NCBI GenBank assembly: GCA_038253125.1 | Contig: JBBSHM010000003.1 | Span: forward strand, 956 to 64,955 | Length of the DNA stretch: 64,000 bases | Direction of reading: 5' to 3' | Source of the DNA: Acidimicrobiales bacterium | Lineage (GTDB): Bacteria; Actinomycetota; Acidimicrobiia; Acidimicrobiales; JAUJNH01 | Part shown: in pieces, positions 28,377 to 37,507 of the stretch | How positions within the stretch are numbered: the stretch's first letter is position 1 | Layout of the letters: every line of letters begins with the position of its first letter | Position numbers and translations under genes: made by a program | Notes under the pieces: model-generated | The model's database searches: none | Told to the model about the DNA's origin: nothing | What the model saw: only the letters and a program-made list of their open reading frames with translations

Positions 28377-30791
28377 TCAGGCGGCGGCGGCCATCGCCGC
28401 CGCCGGCTCGAGGGCCAGCTCCAGGACCTGGCGGACGTCGCTGCACAGGTGGATGGTGACCTGGGCGCGGATCTCCTCGGGGATGTCGTCCAGGTCGGCC
28501 TCGTTGCCCCTCGGCAGCAGGACCTCGGTGAGCCCGGCCCGGTGGGCGGCCAGCACCTTCTGCTTGACGCCGCCGATGGGCAGCACCTTGCCCTGGAGGG
28601 TGACCTCGCCGGTCATGGCCAGGGTCGGCTTCACCAGCCGGCCGGTCAGGAGCGACACCAGGGCCGTGGTCATGGTGACCCCGGCCGAGGGGCCGTCCTT
28701 CGGCACCGCGCCGGCCGGGAAGTGGACGTGGAAGCGCCGGCCCTCGAAGCCGGCGGGCTCACAGCCCAGCTCGTCGGCCCGCGACCTGACGAAGGACAGG
28801 GCGATCTGGGCCGACTCCTTCATGACGTCGCCCAGCTGGCCGGTGACGGTGAGGCCGGGGCTTCCGCTCTCGCCGGGCATCGACGTGGCCTCGACGAACA
28901 GCACGTCGCCGCCGGCACCGGTGACGGCCAGGCCGGTGGCCACACCGGGCACCGAGGTGCGCTCGTGCACCTCGTCACGGAACCGGGGCTTGCCGAGGAG
29001 GTCGCGCACCATGGCGGCGTCGACGACGACCGTCTCACCGGAACCCGAGCGGGCGATGCGGGTGGCCACCTTGCGCAGCAGGCGGGCCAGGGCCCGTTCC
29101 AGCGACCGCACGCCGGCCTCCCTGGTGTGCTCACGCACGAGCGAGTGCAGGGCGCCGTCGTCGATGGTGACCTCGGTCTCGCGCAGGCCGGCGGCGGCCC
29201 GCTGGCGGCGGAGCAGGTGGTCACGGGCGATGGCCACCTTCTCGTCCTCGGTGTAGCCGTCGAGGCTCACCACCTCCATGCGGTCGAGCAGCGGGCCGGC
29301 CACCGTCTCCATCTGGTTGGCCGTGGCCAGGAAGATCACGTCTGACAGGTCCAGCTCGACCTCGAGGTAGTGGTCCGAGAACGTGTGGTTCTGGGCCGGG
29401 TCGAGGACCTCGAGCAGCGCCGAGGCGGGGTCGCCCCGCCAGTCGCCGCCCAGCTTGTCGACCTCGTCCAGCAGGATCACCGGGTTCATGGCCCCGGCCT
29501 CCTTCATGGCCCGCACCAGGCGGCCGGGCTGGGCGCCGACGTAGGTGCGACGGTGACCACGGATCTCGGCCTCGTCGCGCACCCCGCCCAGCGCCACCCG
29601 CACGAAGGGCCGGCCGAGGGCGCGGGCGATCGACTCGCCCAGGCTGGTCTTGCCGACACCCGGAGGGCCGACGAGGGTGAGGATGGCACCGGAGCCGCGG
29701 CGTCCGTCGAGGGGTGGCGGGGCGTCGGCGGCGGCCTCGCGCTCGGCCCGCAGCTTGCGGACGGCCAGGTGCTCAAGGATGCGCTCCTTGACGTCGTCGA
29801 GCCCGGTGTGGTCGGCATCGAGGACGGCCTGGGCCTCGGCCAGGTCCAGCCTGTCCTCGGCCCTCACGCCCCAGGGGACGTCGAACACCCACTCCAGCCA
29901 CGTCTGCACCCAGCCGCGCTCGGGCGACTGCTCTGACATGCGCTCGAAGCGGCCGATCTCCTTGGTGACGGCGGCGGCGACAGCCTCGGGCAGGTCGCGC
30001 TCGTCCAGCAGGCGGCGGAAGCGGGAGGCGGCGTCGCCGTCATCGCTCTCGTCGCCGCTCAGCTCGCCCAGCTCCTTGTTGATCGCCGTCAGCTGCTGGC
30101 GCAGGAGAAACTCGCGCTGGCGCTTCTCCAGCCCCTCGTTGACCTCGTGGTTGATGTGCTCCTTCAGCTCGAGGTCAGCCAGGTGCTCCTTGGCCCAGTC
30201 CAGGACCAGGCGCAGGCGCTGCTCGACGTCGACGACCTCGAGCAGCTCGACCTTGCGGTCGTAGGACAGGTCGGGCCAGTAGCCGGCGGTGTCGGCCACC
30301 TCACCGGGGTCGCTGACCCCGCCGAACAGGTCGACCATGCGGGCCGCCCGGCGCCGGTCGAAGATGACCTCGACCGTGGCCCGCAGCTCGCGGGCCAGCC
30401 GGTGGGCCTCCTCCGATGCCGGGCCGCTCTCTATCGGCCGGGCCTCGATCCACGTTGCCGTCCCGCCGCCCGGGTCGGCGGTGCCGGCGCCCAGGTGGGC
30501 CCGACGCAGTCCCCGCACCACGGCGGCGCGCTGGCCGTTCGGGAGGGCGCCCACGTCCTCGATGCGGGCCACGGTGCCAACGTCGGCGAAGCCGCCCCCG
30601 GAACGCCTGGGGACCAGGACGAGGGTGCGGTCGGCGGCCTCGGCTGCGGTGGCCGCGGCCTGGGCCTCGGCGGTCTCCAGGGCCAGGGTGACAACCATGC
30701 CCGGGAGCACCACGCCTGAGGAGAGCGGGAGCAGGGGCAGGATCTGGGTGGCGTCGGCGGTGGTGTCGGCGGTGGTGTCGGCGGTGGTCAC
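28377..30791 (-). CDS. lon: ATP-dependent Lon protease (endopeptidase La)
   Basis: LPLLPLSSGVVLPGMVV...LVGPPGVGKTSLGESIARALGRPFVRVALGGVRDEAEIRGHRRTYVGAQPG...DGPSAGVTMTTALVSLLTG. GTG at 30789-30791 is preceded by AAGGAGGG. Confidence 0.9.
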   Translation of the reverse strand: MTTADTTADTTADATQILPLLPLSSGVVLPGMVVTLALETAEAQAAATAAEAADRTLVLVPRRSGGGFADVGTVARIEDVGALPNGQRAAVVRGLRRAHLGAGTADPGGGTATWIEARPIESGPASEEAHRLARELRATVEVIFDRRRAARMVDLFGGVSDPGEVADTAGYWPDLSYDRKVELLEVVDVEQRLRLVLDWAKEHLADLELKEHINHEVNEGLEKRQREFLLRQQLTAINKELGELSGDESDDGDAASRFRRLLDERDLPEAVAAAVTKEIGRFERMSEQSPERGWVQTWLEWVFDVPWGVRAEDRLDLAEAQAVLDADHTGLDDVKERILEHLAVRKLRAEREAAADAPPPLDGRRGSGAILTLVGPPGVGKTSLGESIARALGRPFVRVALGGVRDEAEIRGHRRTYVGAQPGRLVRAMKEAGAMNPVILLDEVDKLGGDWRGDPASALLEVLDPAQNHTFSDHYLEVELDLSDVIFLATANQMETVAGPLLDRMEVVSLDGYTEDEKVAIARDHLLRRQRAAAGLRETEVTIDDGALHSLVREHTREAGVRSLERALARLLRKVATRIARSGSGETVVVDAAMVRDLLGKPRFRDEVHERTSVPGVATGLAVTGAGGDVLFVEATSMPGESGSPGLTVTGQLGDVMKESAQIALSFVRSRADELGCEPAGFEGRRFHVHFPAGAVPKDGPSAGVTMTTALVSLLTGRLVKPTLAMTGEVTLQGKVLPIGGVKQKVLAAHRAGLTEVLLPRGNEADLDDIPEEIRAQVTIHLCSDVRQVLELALEPAAAMAAAA
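30753..30788. repeat. 12-bp tandem repeat x3 at codons 2-13 of lon
   Basis: gtcggcggtggt x3 (30753-30764, 30765-30776, 30777-30788), encoding (TTAD)x3 directly after the GTG start. Confidence 0.9.
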
Positions 30792-30907
30792 GGCGGCCCT
30801 CCTTCGAGCAGTAACGGTGTAACTCCGATGTGTGCGGCGGCTATTCCGTCCGCGACCCGCCGGCAAGACTGCCGGTTTAGGAAGGGTCCTCCCCTACCTT
30901 TGCGGCC

Positions 30908-33900
30908 GTGACGGACGAGGGGGCACAGGTCGGTTGGCTCCGACGGCTGCTGGGATGGCTGGCCCCCCACAAGCTGAACGTCGGCGTCGCCTTTGGCGCC
31001 GGCCTGCTCGGCACCGGGGTGGCCGGGCTCACGCCCGTGGTGCAGAAGGTCGTGGTCGACCACGTCACACGTCGCACCGGCGACGCCATCGCCCCGTGGC
31101 TGATCCTGCTCGCTGTGGCTGGCGTGGCCCGCTTCGCCCTGGCCTACGTGCGCCGCTTCTTCGGCGGCCGGGTGGCCGCCGACGTGCAGTACGACCTGCG
31201 CACGGCGCTGTTCCGCCACGTGCAGCGCCTGGACGTGGCCAGCCACGACCAGATGCAGACCGGCCAGCTGGTGGCCCGAGCCTCGACCGACGTGAACTCG
31301 CTGTTCCAGCTGCTGAGCTTCCTGCCGCTGGTCCTCGGCAACGTGCTGCTGTTCTTCATCGCCCTGGCCGTGATGGTTCGGCTGTCGCCGCTGCTCAGCC
31401 TCGTCGTCTTCGCCATCGTGCCGTTCATGGCCTACGCCACCGCCAGTGTGCGCAAGACGATCTTTCCGGCCAGCTGGGACGCCAGCCAGCAGACGGGCGT
31501 GGTGGCCGGGATCGTCGAGGAGTCGGTCACCGGCGTCCGGGTGGTGAAGGGATTCGGCCAGGAGCGCCGCGAGCTGGCCCGCCTGGCCGATGCCTCGGCC
31601 GACCTTCTGGCCAGCCGCACCCGCCTGGTCCGCCTCCAGGCCCGGTTCGCCCCGACGCTGCAGGTCATCCCGGCCGTAGCCCAGGTGGCTGTGCTCGGGG
31701 TGGGCGGTTGGCTCACCATCCGCCACCGCATCACCCTCGGCACGTTCCTGGCCTTCAACGTCTACGTCACCTCTCTGGTCGGCCCGGTGCGCACCGCCGC
31801 CTTCCTGGTCGCCTTCTCACAGCAGGCCAAGGCCAGCATCCAGCGCCTGGCCGAGGTGCTGGACGCCAACCCGCAGGTGGCCGACCGGCCCGACGCCGCC
31901 ATGCTCGCCACCGGCGCCGGGGCCCTGGAGCTTGACGACGTGACGTTCGGCTACGTGGCCAGCGAACCGGTGCTGGCCGGGTTCAGCCTGCGGGTCGAGC
32001 CGGGCGAGACCGTGGCCCTGGTCGGCACCAGCGGCTCGGGCAAGAGCACGGTGGCGCTGCTCCTCCCCCGCTTCTACGACGTGCACGCCGGCTCGGTGCG
32101 CATCGGGGGCACCGACGTGCGTGACGTGACCATCGAGTCGCTCCGCCGCCGGATCGGGGTGGTGTTCGAGGAGCCCTTCCTGTTCTCTGACACCATCGGC
32201 TCGAACATCGCCTACGGGCGGCCTGACGCCACCGACGCCGAGATCGAGGCGGCCGCCCGGGCGGCCGAGGCCCACGGCTTCATCTCCGAGCTGCCGGCCG
32301 GCTACGGCACCGTCGTCGGCGAGCAGGGCCTGACCCTGTCCGGCGGCCAGCGCCAGCGGGTGGCCCTGGCCCGGGCCCTGCTCACCGACCCCCAGGTGCT
32401 GATCCTGGACGACGCCATGTCGGCGGTCGACAGCCGGGTCGAGGAGGACATCCTCGCCACCTTGTCCCGCCTGCTGGCGGGTCGCACCACCGTGCTGGTG
32501 GCCCACCGCCGCTCCACCCTGCGCCTGGCCGACCGGATCGCCGTGGTGGACCGGGGCCGGGTGGTGGCCGTCGGCACGGCGGATGAGCTGCAGGCCGCGA
32601 GCCCCCTCTACCGGGCGCTGCTGTCGGGGCCGGACGAGGACGTCGAGAGCCTCGCCGGGGCCGATGCGGTCGCCGGGGCCGAAGGAGGCGACGGAGCCGA
32701 CCGGGTCGGCGGGGTCGAAGGAGCCGACGGAGCCCGCGAGGTCGACAGGGTTCTCGTTCGGGTGGGCGGGGCTTGGGACGGCCGGCCGACGGCGGGCCTG
32801 TGGACCGAGCGCCAGGTGTCGCCCCTCGAGGCCCTGACCGCCGCCGGCCGGCTGCGCAAGCCCGACCCGGCGGCCGGCGCCGGCCGGGGCGGGCCCGGCG
32901 GCGGTCGGGGGGGCGCCGGGCACATGGGCGCCTCGATGGTGGCCACCCCCGAGCTTGTGGCGTCGGTGGCTGCGCTGCCCCCGGCCCGGGACCGCCCGGA
33001 CGTGCCTCTCGATGAGCTGGCCGGCGACGAGTCGCCCTTCCACTTCTGGCCGTTCGTGCGCCGGTGGCGTCGGCTGCTCGGCTTCGGCATCGGCCTGGTG
33101 GTCATCGACTCGCTCACCAACCTGCTCGGCCCCACCGTCGTTCGCTTCGGGGTCGACCACGGCGTCCAGCCGGGGCGCACCAGCCTGCTGTGGGTGGCCA
33201 CCGGCCTGGCCCTGCTGGTGGCGCTGGTGTCGTGGGGCAACGCCGTGATCGAGCAGCTGGTCACCGGCTCGACCGCAGAGAAGGTCCTGTACGCCCTGCG
33301 GGTGCGCGTGTTCGCCCACCTGCAGCGCCTGTCGCTCGACTACTACGACCGCGAGATGGGCGGCCGGGTGATGACCCGGATGACCACCGACGTCGACGCC
33401 ACCCAGCAGCTGCTGGCCACCGGGCTTGTGCAGGCGGTCGTCAGCGGGGTCACCTGCGGCGGCGTGGCGGCGGCGCTGGTGCTGATGAGCCCGCCGCTGG
33501 CCCTGGTCACCTCGGCCATCGTCCCGCCCCTGGCCCTGGCCACCTGGCTCTACCGCCAGCGGGCCCACACCGCCTACGACCGGGCCCGGGAACGGGTGGC
33601 CGAGGTGAACGCCGACTTCCAGGAGAACCTGTCCGGCGTGCGGGTGGCCCAGGCCTACAGCCGGGAGGGACGCAATGAGACCCGCTTCGCCGGGCTGGCC
33701 GACGGCTACCGCCGGGCCCGGGTCGACGCCCAGCGCCTAGTGGCCCTGTACTTCCCGTTCGTCGAGATGCTGTCGGAGCTGGCCAACGCCCTGGTGCTCG
33801 GCGCTGGAGCGGTGTTCGTGGCCCGGGGCACCACGACCGCCGGCGAGCTCATCGCCTTCCTGCTGTACCTCAACCTGTTCTTCGGCCCCATCCAGCAGCT

Positions 33901-34768
33901 GTCGTCGGTGTTCGACACCTGGCAGCAGGCCCGCATCTCGATCGGCCGGATCGAGGGGCTGCTGGCCCTGCCGTCGGGCACGCCGGCCGCAGAAGACCCC
34001 GTGCCGCCCGGGACGCTCACCGGCCGGCTCGACCTGGTCGGCGTGCGGTTCCGCTACGCCAGCACCGCCGAGGAGGCGCTCCGGGGCATCGACCTCACCA
34101 TCGAGCCCGGTGAGACGGTGGCCTTCGTCGGCGAGACGGGCGCCGGCAAGTCGACGGTGCTGAAGCTGGTGGCCCGCTTCTACGACGTCACCGGTGGCGC
34201 CGTGCTGATCGACGGGGTCGACGTGCGCCGCCTCGACCTCACAGCCTTCCGCCAGCAGCTCGGGCTGGTGCCCCAGGAGCCGTTCCTGTTCGCCGGCACC
34301 ATCCGGGACAACATCGCCTACGGCCGGCCCGACGCCACCGACGCCGAGGTCGAGGCCGCCGCCCGTGCCGTCGGGGCCCACGATGTGGTGGCCGGCCTCC
34401 CCGGCGGCTACACCCACGTCGTGGGCGAGCGGGGCCGCACCCTTTCGGCCGGGCAGCGCCAGCTCATCGCCCTGGCCCGGGCGCTGCTGCCCGACCCGCC
34501 CCTGCTCCTCCTCGACGAGGCCACCGCCAACCTGGACCTGGCCACCGAGGCCAAGGTCACCGAGGGCATGGGCGTCGCCGCCCGCGGCCGCACCACGCTC
34601 CTCATCGCCCACCGCCTGTCGACGGCGGCGGGAGCCGACCGGATCGTGGTGCTCGACGCCGGACGGGTCGTCGAGGTGGGCCGCCACGCCGCCCTGCTGG
34701 CCCGGGGCGGCCGCTACGCCGAGCTCTGGCGGGCGTTCACCGGTGCCGACGAGGGCGCCGTCGCCTAA
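30908..34768 (+). CDS. Fused ABC exporter (TMD-NBD-linker-TMD-NBD in one ORF)
   Basis: Two complete half-transporters are present: Walker A GTSGSGKST and GETGAGKST; signatures LSGGQRQRVALARAL and LSAGQRQLIALARAL; Walker B ILDDA and LLDEA. They are joined by a ~140-aa low-complexity linker with no stop codon. Confidence 0.8.
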   Translation: MTDEGAQVGWLRRLLGWLAPHKLNVGVAFGAGLLGTGVAGLTPVVQKVVVDHVTRRTGDAIAPWLILLAVAGVARFALAYVRRFFGGRVAADVQYDLRTALFRHVQRLDVASHDQMQTGQLVARASTDVNSLFQLLSFLPLVLGNVLLFFIALAVMVRLSPLLSLVVFAIVPFMAYATASVRKTIFPASWDASQQTGVVAGIVEESVTGVRVVKGFGQERRELARLADASADLLASRTRLVRLQARFAPTLQVIPAVAQVAVLGVGGWLTIRHRITLGTFLAFNVYVTSLVGPVRTAAFLVAFSQQAKASIQRLAEVLDANPQVADRPDAAMLATGAGALELDDVTFGYVASEPVLAGFSLRVEPGETVALVGTSGSGKSTVALLLPRFYDVHAGSVRIGGTDVRDVTIESLRRRIGVVFEEPFLFSDTIGSNIAYGRPDATDAEIEAAARAAEAHGFISELPAGYGTVVGEQGLTLSGGQRQRVALARALLTDPQVLILDDAMSAVDSRVEEDILATLSRLLAGRTTVLVAHRRSTLRLADRIAVVDRGRVVAVGTADELQAASPLYRALLSGPDEDVESLAGADAVAGAEGGDGADRVGGVEGADGAREVDRVLVRVGGAWDGRPTAGLWTERQVSPLEALTAAGRLRKPDPAAGAGRGGPGGGRGGAGHMGASMVATPELVASVAALPPARDRPDVPLDELAGDESPFHFWPFVRRWRRLLGFGIGLVVIDSLTNLLGPTVVRFGVDHGVQPGRTSLLWVATGLALLVALVSWGNAVIEQLVTGSTAEKVLYALRVRVFAHLQRLSLDYYDREMGGRVMTRMTTDVDATQQLLATGLVQAVVSGVTCGGVAAALVLMSPPLALVTSAIVPPLALATWLYRQRAHTAYDRARERVAEVNADFQENLSGVRVAQAYSREGRNETRFAGLADGYRRARVDAQRLVALYFPFVEMLSELANALVLGAGAVFVARGTTTAGELIAFLLYLNLFFGPIQQLSSVFDTWQQARISIGRIEGLLALPSGTPAAEDPVPPGTLTGRLDLVGVRFRYASTAEEALRGIDLTIEPGETVAFVGETGAGKSTVLKLVARFYDVTGGAVLIDGVDVRRLDLTAFRQQLGLVPQEPFLFAGTIRDNIAYGRPDATDAEVEAAARAVGAHDVVAGLPGGYTHVVGERGRTLSAGQRQLIALARALLPDPPLLLLDEATANLDLATEAKVTEGMGVAARGRTTLLIAHRLSTAAGADRIVVLDAGRVVEVGRHAALLARGGRYAELWRAFTGADEGAVA
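32652..32741. repeat. Degenerate 18-bp periodic repeat (5 units) in the ABC inter-half linker
   Basis: tcgccggggccgatgcgg / tcgccggggccgaaggag / gcgacggagccgaccggg / tcggcggggtcgaaggag / ccgacggagcccgcgagg. Confidence 0.7.
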
Positions 34769-34778
34769 CCCAAACCCT

Positions 34779-34832
34779 GGGTTCTGTCGGGATCAGCTGT
34801 CGCTGGGCGGGGGGTTTCTCCCGACAGAACCC
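34779..34832. terminator. 14-bp perfect inverted repeat between the convergent ABC exporter and ung
   Basis: gggttctgtcggga (34779-34792) and tcccgacagaaccc (34819-34832) with a 26-nt loop. The right arm lies inside the last codons of ung. There is no U-tract, so terminator function is uncertain. Confidence 0.3.
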
Positions 34833-35479
34833 CAATCGACCGGGGGGCGGCCCGCCTCGACCAGGGCGGCGTTGGCCCGGCTGAAGGGCCGGCTGCCGAC
34901 GAAGCCGTTGGCGGCGGAGAGCGGTGAGGGGTGGGCCGACTCGATCACGACATGACGGTCCTGGTCGACCAGCGACCGCTTTCGGCGGGCCGAGGCCCCC
35001 CACAGGATGAACACCACACGGTCTGGCTTGGCCGCAACCGCCTTGATGACCTCGTCGGTGAACGTCTCCCAGCCCCGGCCCTGGTGGCTGCCCGCCTCCC
35101 CGCCGCGCACCGTGAGGGTGGTGTTGAGCAGCAGCACGCCCTGGCGGGTCCACGGCTCGAGGCTTGCCTGGGCCGGCGCCGGGATGGCGAGATCGGTCCC
35201 TAGCTCTTTGAAGATGTTGCGCAGCGACGGTGGAGCCGGCACGCCGGGGCGGACGCTGAAGGCCAGCCCCTGGGCCTGGCCTGACCCGTGGTAGGGGTCC
35301 TGGCCCAGGATCACCACCCTGACCTGGCTCCAGGGCGTCAGGTGGAGGGCGGCGAACACCTCATCATGCGGCGGCCAGACCGGGTGACGGTCCCGCTCGG
35401 CCGACACGAACGACTGCAGCTGCGACCAGTACGGCTTGGCCAGCTCGCCCCGCAGGACCGGGTTCCAGTCGGTGATCAT
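34793..35479 (-). CDS. ung: Uracil-DNA glycosylase, family 1
   Basis: VRVVILGQDPYHGSGQAQGLAFSV...PPSLRNIFKEL...GVLLLNTTLTV...HQGRGWETFTD...VFILWG...ESAHPSPLSA. ATG at 35477-35479. Confidence 0.9.
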   Translation of the reverse strand: MITDWNPVLRGELAKPYWSQLQSFVSAERDRHPVWPPHDEVFAALHLTPWSQVRVVILGQDPYHGSGQAQGLAFSVRPGVPAPPSLRNIFKELGTDLAIPAPAQASLEPWTRQGVLLLNTTLTVRGGEAGSHQGRGWETFTDEVIKAVAAKPDRVVFILWGASARRKRSLVDQDRHVVIESAHPSPLSAANGFVGSRPFSRANAALVEAGRPPVDWGSVGRNPPPSDS

Positions 35480-35514
35480 GGCCTCGGCGATGGTGCCATG
35501 CCGGGGGAGCCCGC

Positions 35515-36114
35515 TCAGGCCGCCTGGGTCAGGTACGGCTCCCAGGCCGGGTCGATCCGGCCGACCCCGACGACCAGCCACCGGGTGCCCCGGGGGACCG
35601 TCGGCGTGGTGCGCAGCGCCCAGCCCAGCTCGGCCAGGAGGCGGTCGCCCTTGCGGCCGTTGCACAGCCGGCAGGCGGCCACGACGTTCTCCCACTCATG
35701 CAGGCCGTGGCGCGAACGGGGCACCACGTGGTCGATGGTGTCGGCGCTGCGGCTGCAGTAGGCGCAGCGGTGGGCGTCCCGGGCCAGCAGCGCCCGGCGG
35801 GTCAGCGGCAGCCGGGCCCGGTAGGGCACCCGCACGTAAGTGGTGAGCCGGATCACCGAGGGGACGGGAACGGCGGTCGACTCAGAGCGCACGACACCGC
35901 CGCCGGCCTCGAGGATCTCGGCCTTCTCGGCCAGGACCAGCACGATGGCCCGCTTCATCGGCACCACGCAAAGGGGCTCGTAGCTGGCGTTCAGCAGGAG
36001 GGTGCCCTTCGGCCTGCAGCGGGCTGCCACAGTCGGAACGATACCGGCGCCGCCCGGCGGCCGCCGGCCATATGCCCGGCCCGGCCGGATGCCATGACCA
36101 GGACCACCTAGCAT
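35515..36114 (-). CDS. HNH endonuclease
   Basis: LLNASYEPLCVVPMKRAIVLVL...DAHRCAYCSRSADTIDHVVPRSRHGLHEWENVVAACRLCNGRKGDR. The start is uncertain (ATG at 36114 or GTG at 36030). Confidence 0.75.
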   Translation of the reverse strand: MLGGPGHGIRPGRAYGRRPPGGAGIVPTVAARCRPKGTLLLNASYEPLCVVPMKRAIVLVLAEKAEILEAGGGVVRSESTAVPVPSVIRLTTYVRVPYRARLPLTRRALLARDAHRCAYCSRSADTIDHVVPRSRHGLHEWENVVAACRLCNGRKGDRLLAELGWALRTTPTVPRGTRWLVVGVGRIDPAWEPYLTQAA

Positions 36115-36124
36115 CCTCCTCCGG

Positions 36125-37507
36125 GTGGGTCATCCGAGGAGCATGGAGTCGCGCGTGGTGGTTTGGGGGCGAGGAGATGACCAAAGCGGCGGCAGGCGGC
36201 GGCCCGGCCGTCCGGCGACCCGTAGGGCTTGCGCTGTCCTCGTCGGCGCCTGCAGCCTCTCGGGCCTGGCCGCGCTACCCGCCGCCGCCCAGGTCTCGCC
36301 GCCTCCCCCGCCGCCAGCCGTCACGGCGCCCGTCACCACCCCGGCGCTCACGACCCCGCTCGGAGCCAACGAGACCCTCCGGGTCCGCACGGTGGCCGAG
36401 GTGTCGGCGGCCAAGAGCGCCCTCACCGCCGCCCAGCGGGCCGAGAGCCAGTCACGCCAGAAGGCGGCCGCGCTAGACAAGTCTCTCGCCGACCTGGAGG
36501 GGCAGCGTGGCGCTCTCGCCGGCGAGGAGCGCGACGCCGCCGACCGGCTCGAGGGCACCCGCTCCCACCTGCGCAGCGCCGCGGTCAGCCAGTACATCAG
36601 CGGCGGCGGCACCACCATCGGCAACCAGCTGCTGCACTCAAAGGACCTCGAGGCCTTCACCCGCAACCGGGTCTACGGCGGCGCCGTGCTCGACAGCCAG
36701 CAGCGCACCCTCAGCACCTACCGCGTTGAGCTGACCAAGGTCACCGGCGTCACGTCGAACCTGGGTCGTCAGATCGACCGGGTGAAGGCCGACCGGGGCC
36801 TTGTCACCCAGGAGCTGCAGGCGCTGACCGCCGAACGGGTCCTGCGCGAACAAGACCTGGCCCAGAAGCAGGTGCTGAACCAGCTCGTCACCGCCGCCGC
36901 CCCCGTCCTGCCGAGCGACATCCCGGCCCTGGTGCTCGACGCCTATGTCCGGGGCGCCGCCGCCGCCAACCGGCGCATTCCCGGCTGCCGCATCCACTGG
37001 ACGGCGCTGGCCGCCATCGGACGCACGGAGTCAGACCACGCACGCGAGGGCAACGGCTCGCTGACCCTGGCTGGTGACGTCTCGCCCCGCATACTCGGTC
37101 CCCGGCTCGACGGCAACGGGTTCGCATTTGTGGCCGACACCGACGGCGGGGCGCTCGACGGCGATCCCGTGGTCGACCGGGCGGTCGGGCCGATGCAGTT
37201 CATCCCGGGCACGTGGAGGGGCGACGGCGAGGACGGCAACGGCGACGGGATTCGGGACCCCAACAACATCTACGACGCCACCACCGCGGCAGGGATGTAC
37301 CTGTGCCGGGCGCGCCAGGGGCTCGACCTCGACCAGAACCTGTACACCGCGGCCCTCAGCTACAACCACAGCGCCAGCTACGCGGCGCTGATCGTGACCC
37401 GGGCCCGGGAGTACATCAACCTGAACCTCGCCGGCCTCCCGCCCGGCCCGCCACCCTCCCCGGCGCCAGTGCCCCCGCCCGCGCCTGCGCCGCCCCCAGC
37501 GCCGTGA
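36125..37507 (+). CDS. Secreted coiled-coil protein with C-terminal lytic transglycosylase (SLT-like) domain
   Basis: Signal-like RRACAVLVGACSLSGLAALPAAAQ; long coiled-coil-like region; GPMQFIPGTWRGDGEDGNGDGIRDPNNIYDATTAAGMYLC...ALSYNHSASY. The start is uncertain. Confidence 0.7.
   Translation: MGHPRSMESRVVVWGRGDDQSGGRRRPGRPATRRACAVLVGACSLSGLAALPAAAQVSPPPPPPAVTAPVTTPALTTPLGANETLRVRTVAEVSAAKSALTAAQRAESQSRQKAAALDKSLADLEGQRGALAGEERDAADRLEGTRSHLRSAAVSQYISGGGTTIGNQLLHSKDLEAFTRNRVYGGAVLDSQQRTLSTYRVELTKVTGVTSNLGRQIDRVKADRGLVTQELQALTAERVLREQDLAQKQVLNQLVTAAAPVLPSDIPALVLDAYVRGAAAANRRIPGCRIHWTALAAIGRTESDHAREGNGSLTLAGDVSPRILGPRLDGNGFAFVADTDGGALDGDPVVDRAVGPMQFIPGTWRGDGEDGNGDGIRDPNNIYDATTAAGMYLCRARQGLDLDQNLYTAALSYNHSASYAALIVTRAREYINLNLAGLPPGPPPSPAPVPPPAPAPPPAP

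Noticed and set aside
30792-30907. Heat-shock operators (HAIR or CIRCE) in the lon / ABC divergent region, and a ttagcac-containing stretch with the palindrome cagttaactg at 10701-10710 upstream of the MFS gene
   Set aside because: There is no match to CTTGAGT-N7-ACTCAAG or TTAGCACTC-N9-GAGTGCTAA. The 10-bp palindrome at 10701-10710 is real but too short to assign a function.
30908-34768. The fused ABC exporter as the type I secretion partner of the giant RTX protein
   Set aside because: It lies about 18 kb away on the other side of many housekeeping genes. There is no adjacent membrane-fusion or outer-membrane component and no C39 or related N-terminal domain, and its architecture matches drug/lipid-type heterodimeric exporters.
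34767-34792. Similarity between aacccaaaccctgggttctgtcggga (34767-34792) and aacccgaaccctggcttctatcccga (42924-42949) as a dispersed element
   Set aside because: Only about 21/26 identities by hand, in two copies, in GC-rich DNA. It cannot be distinguished from chance without a genome-wide search.
36030-36143. A ydaO/cyclic-di-AMP-type riboswitch upstream of the wall-hydrolase pair
   Set aside because: The available intergenic space is about 100 nt or less depending on start choice, and no conserved riboswitch elements were recognised.
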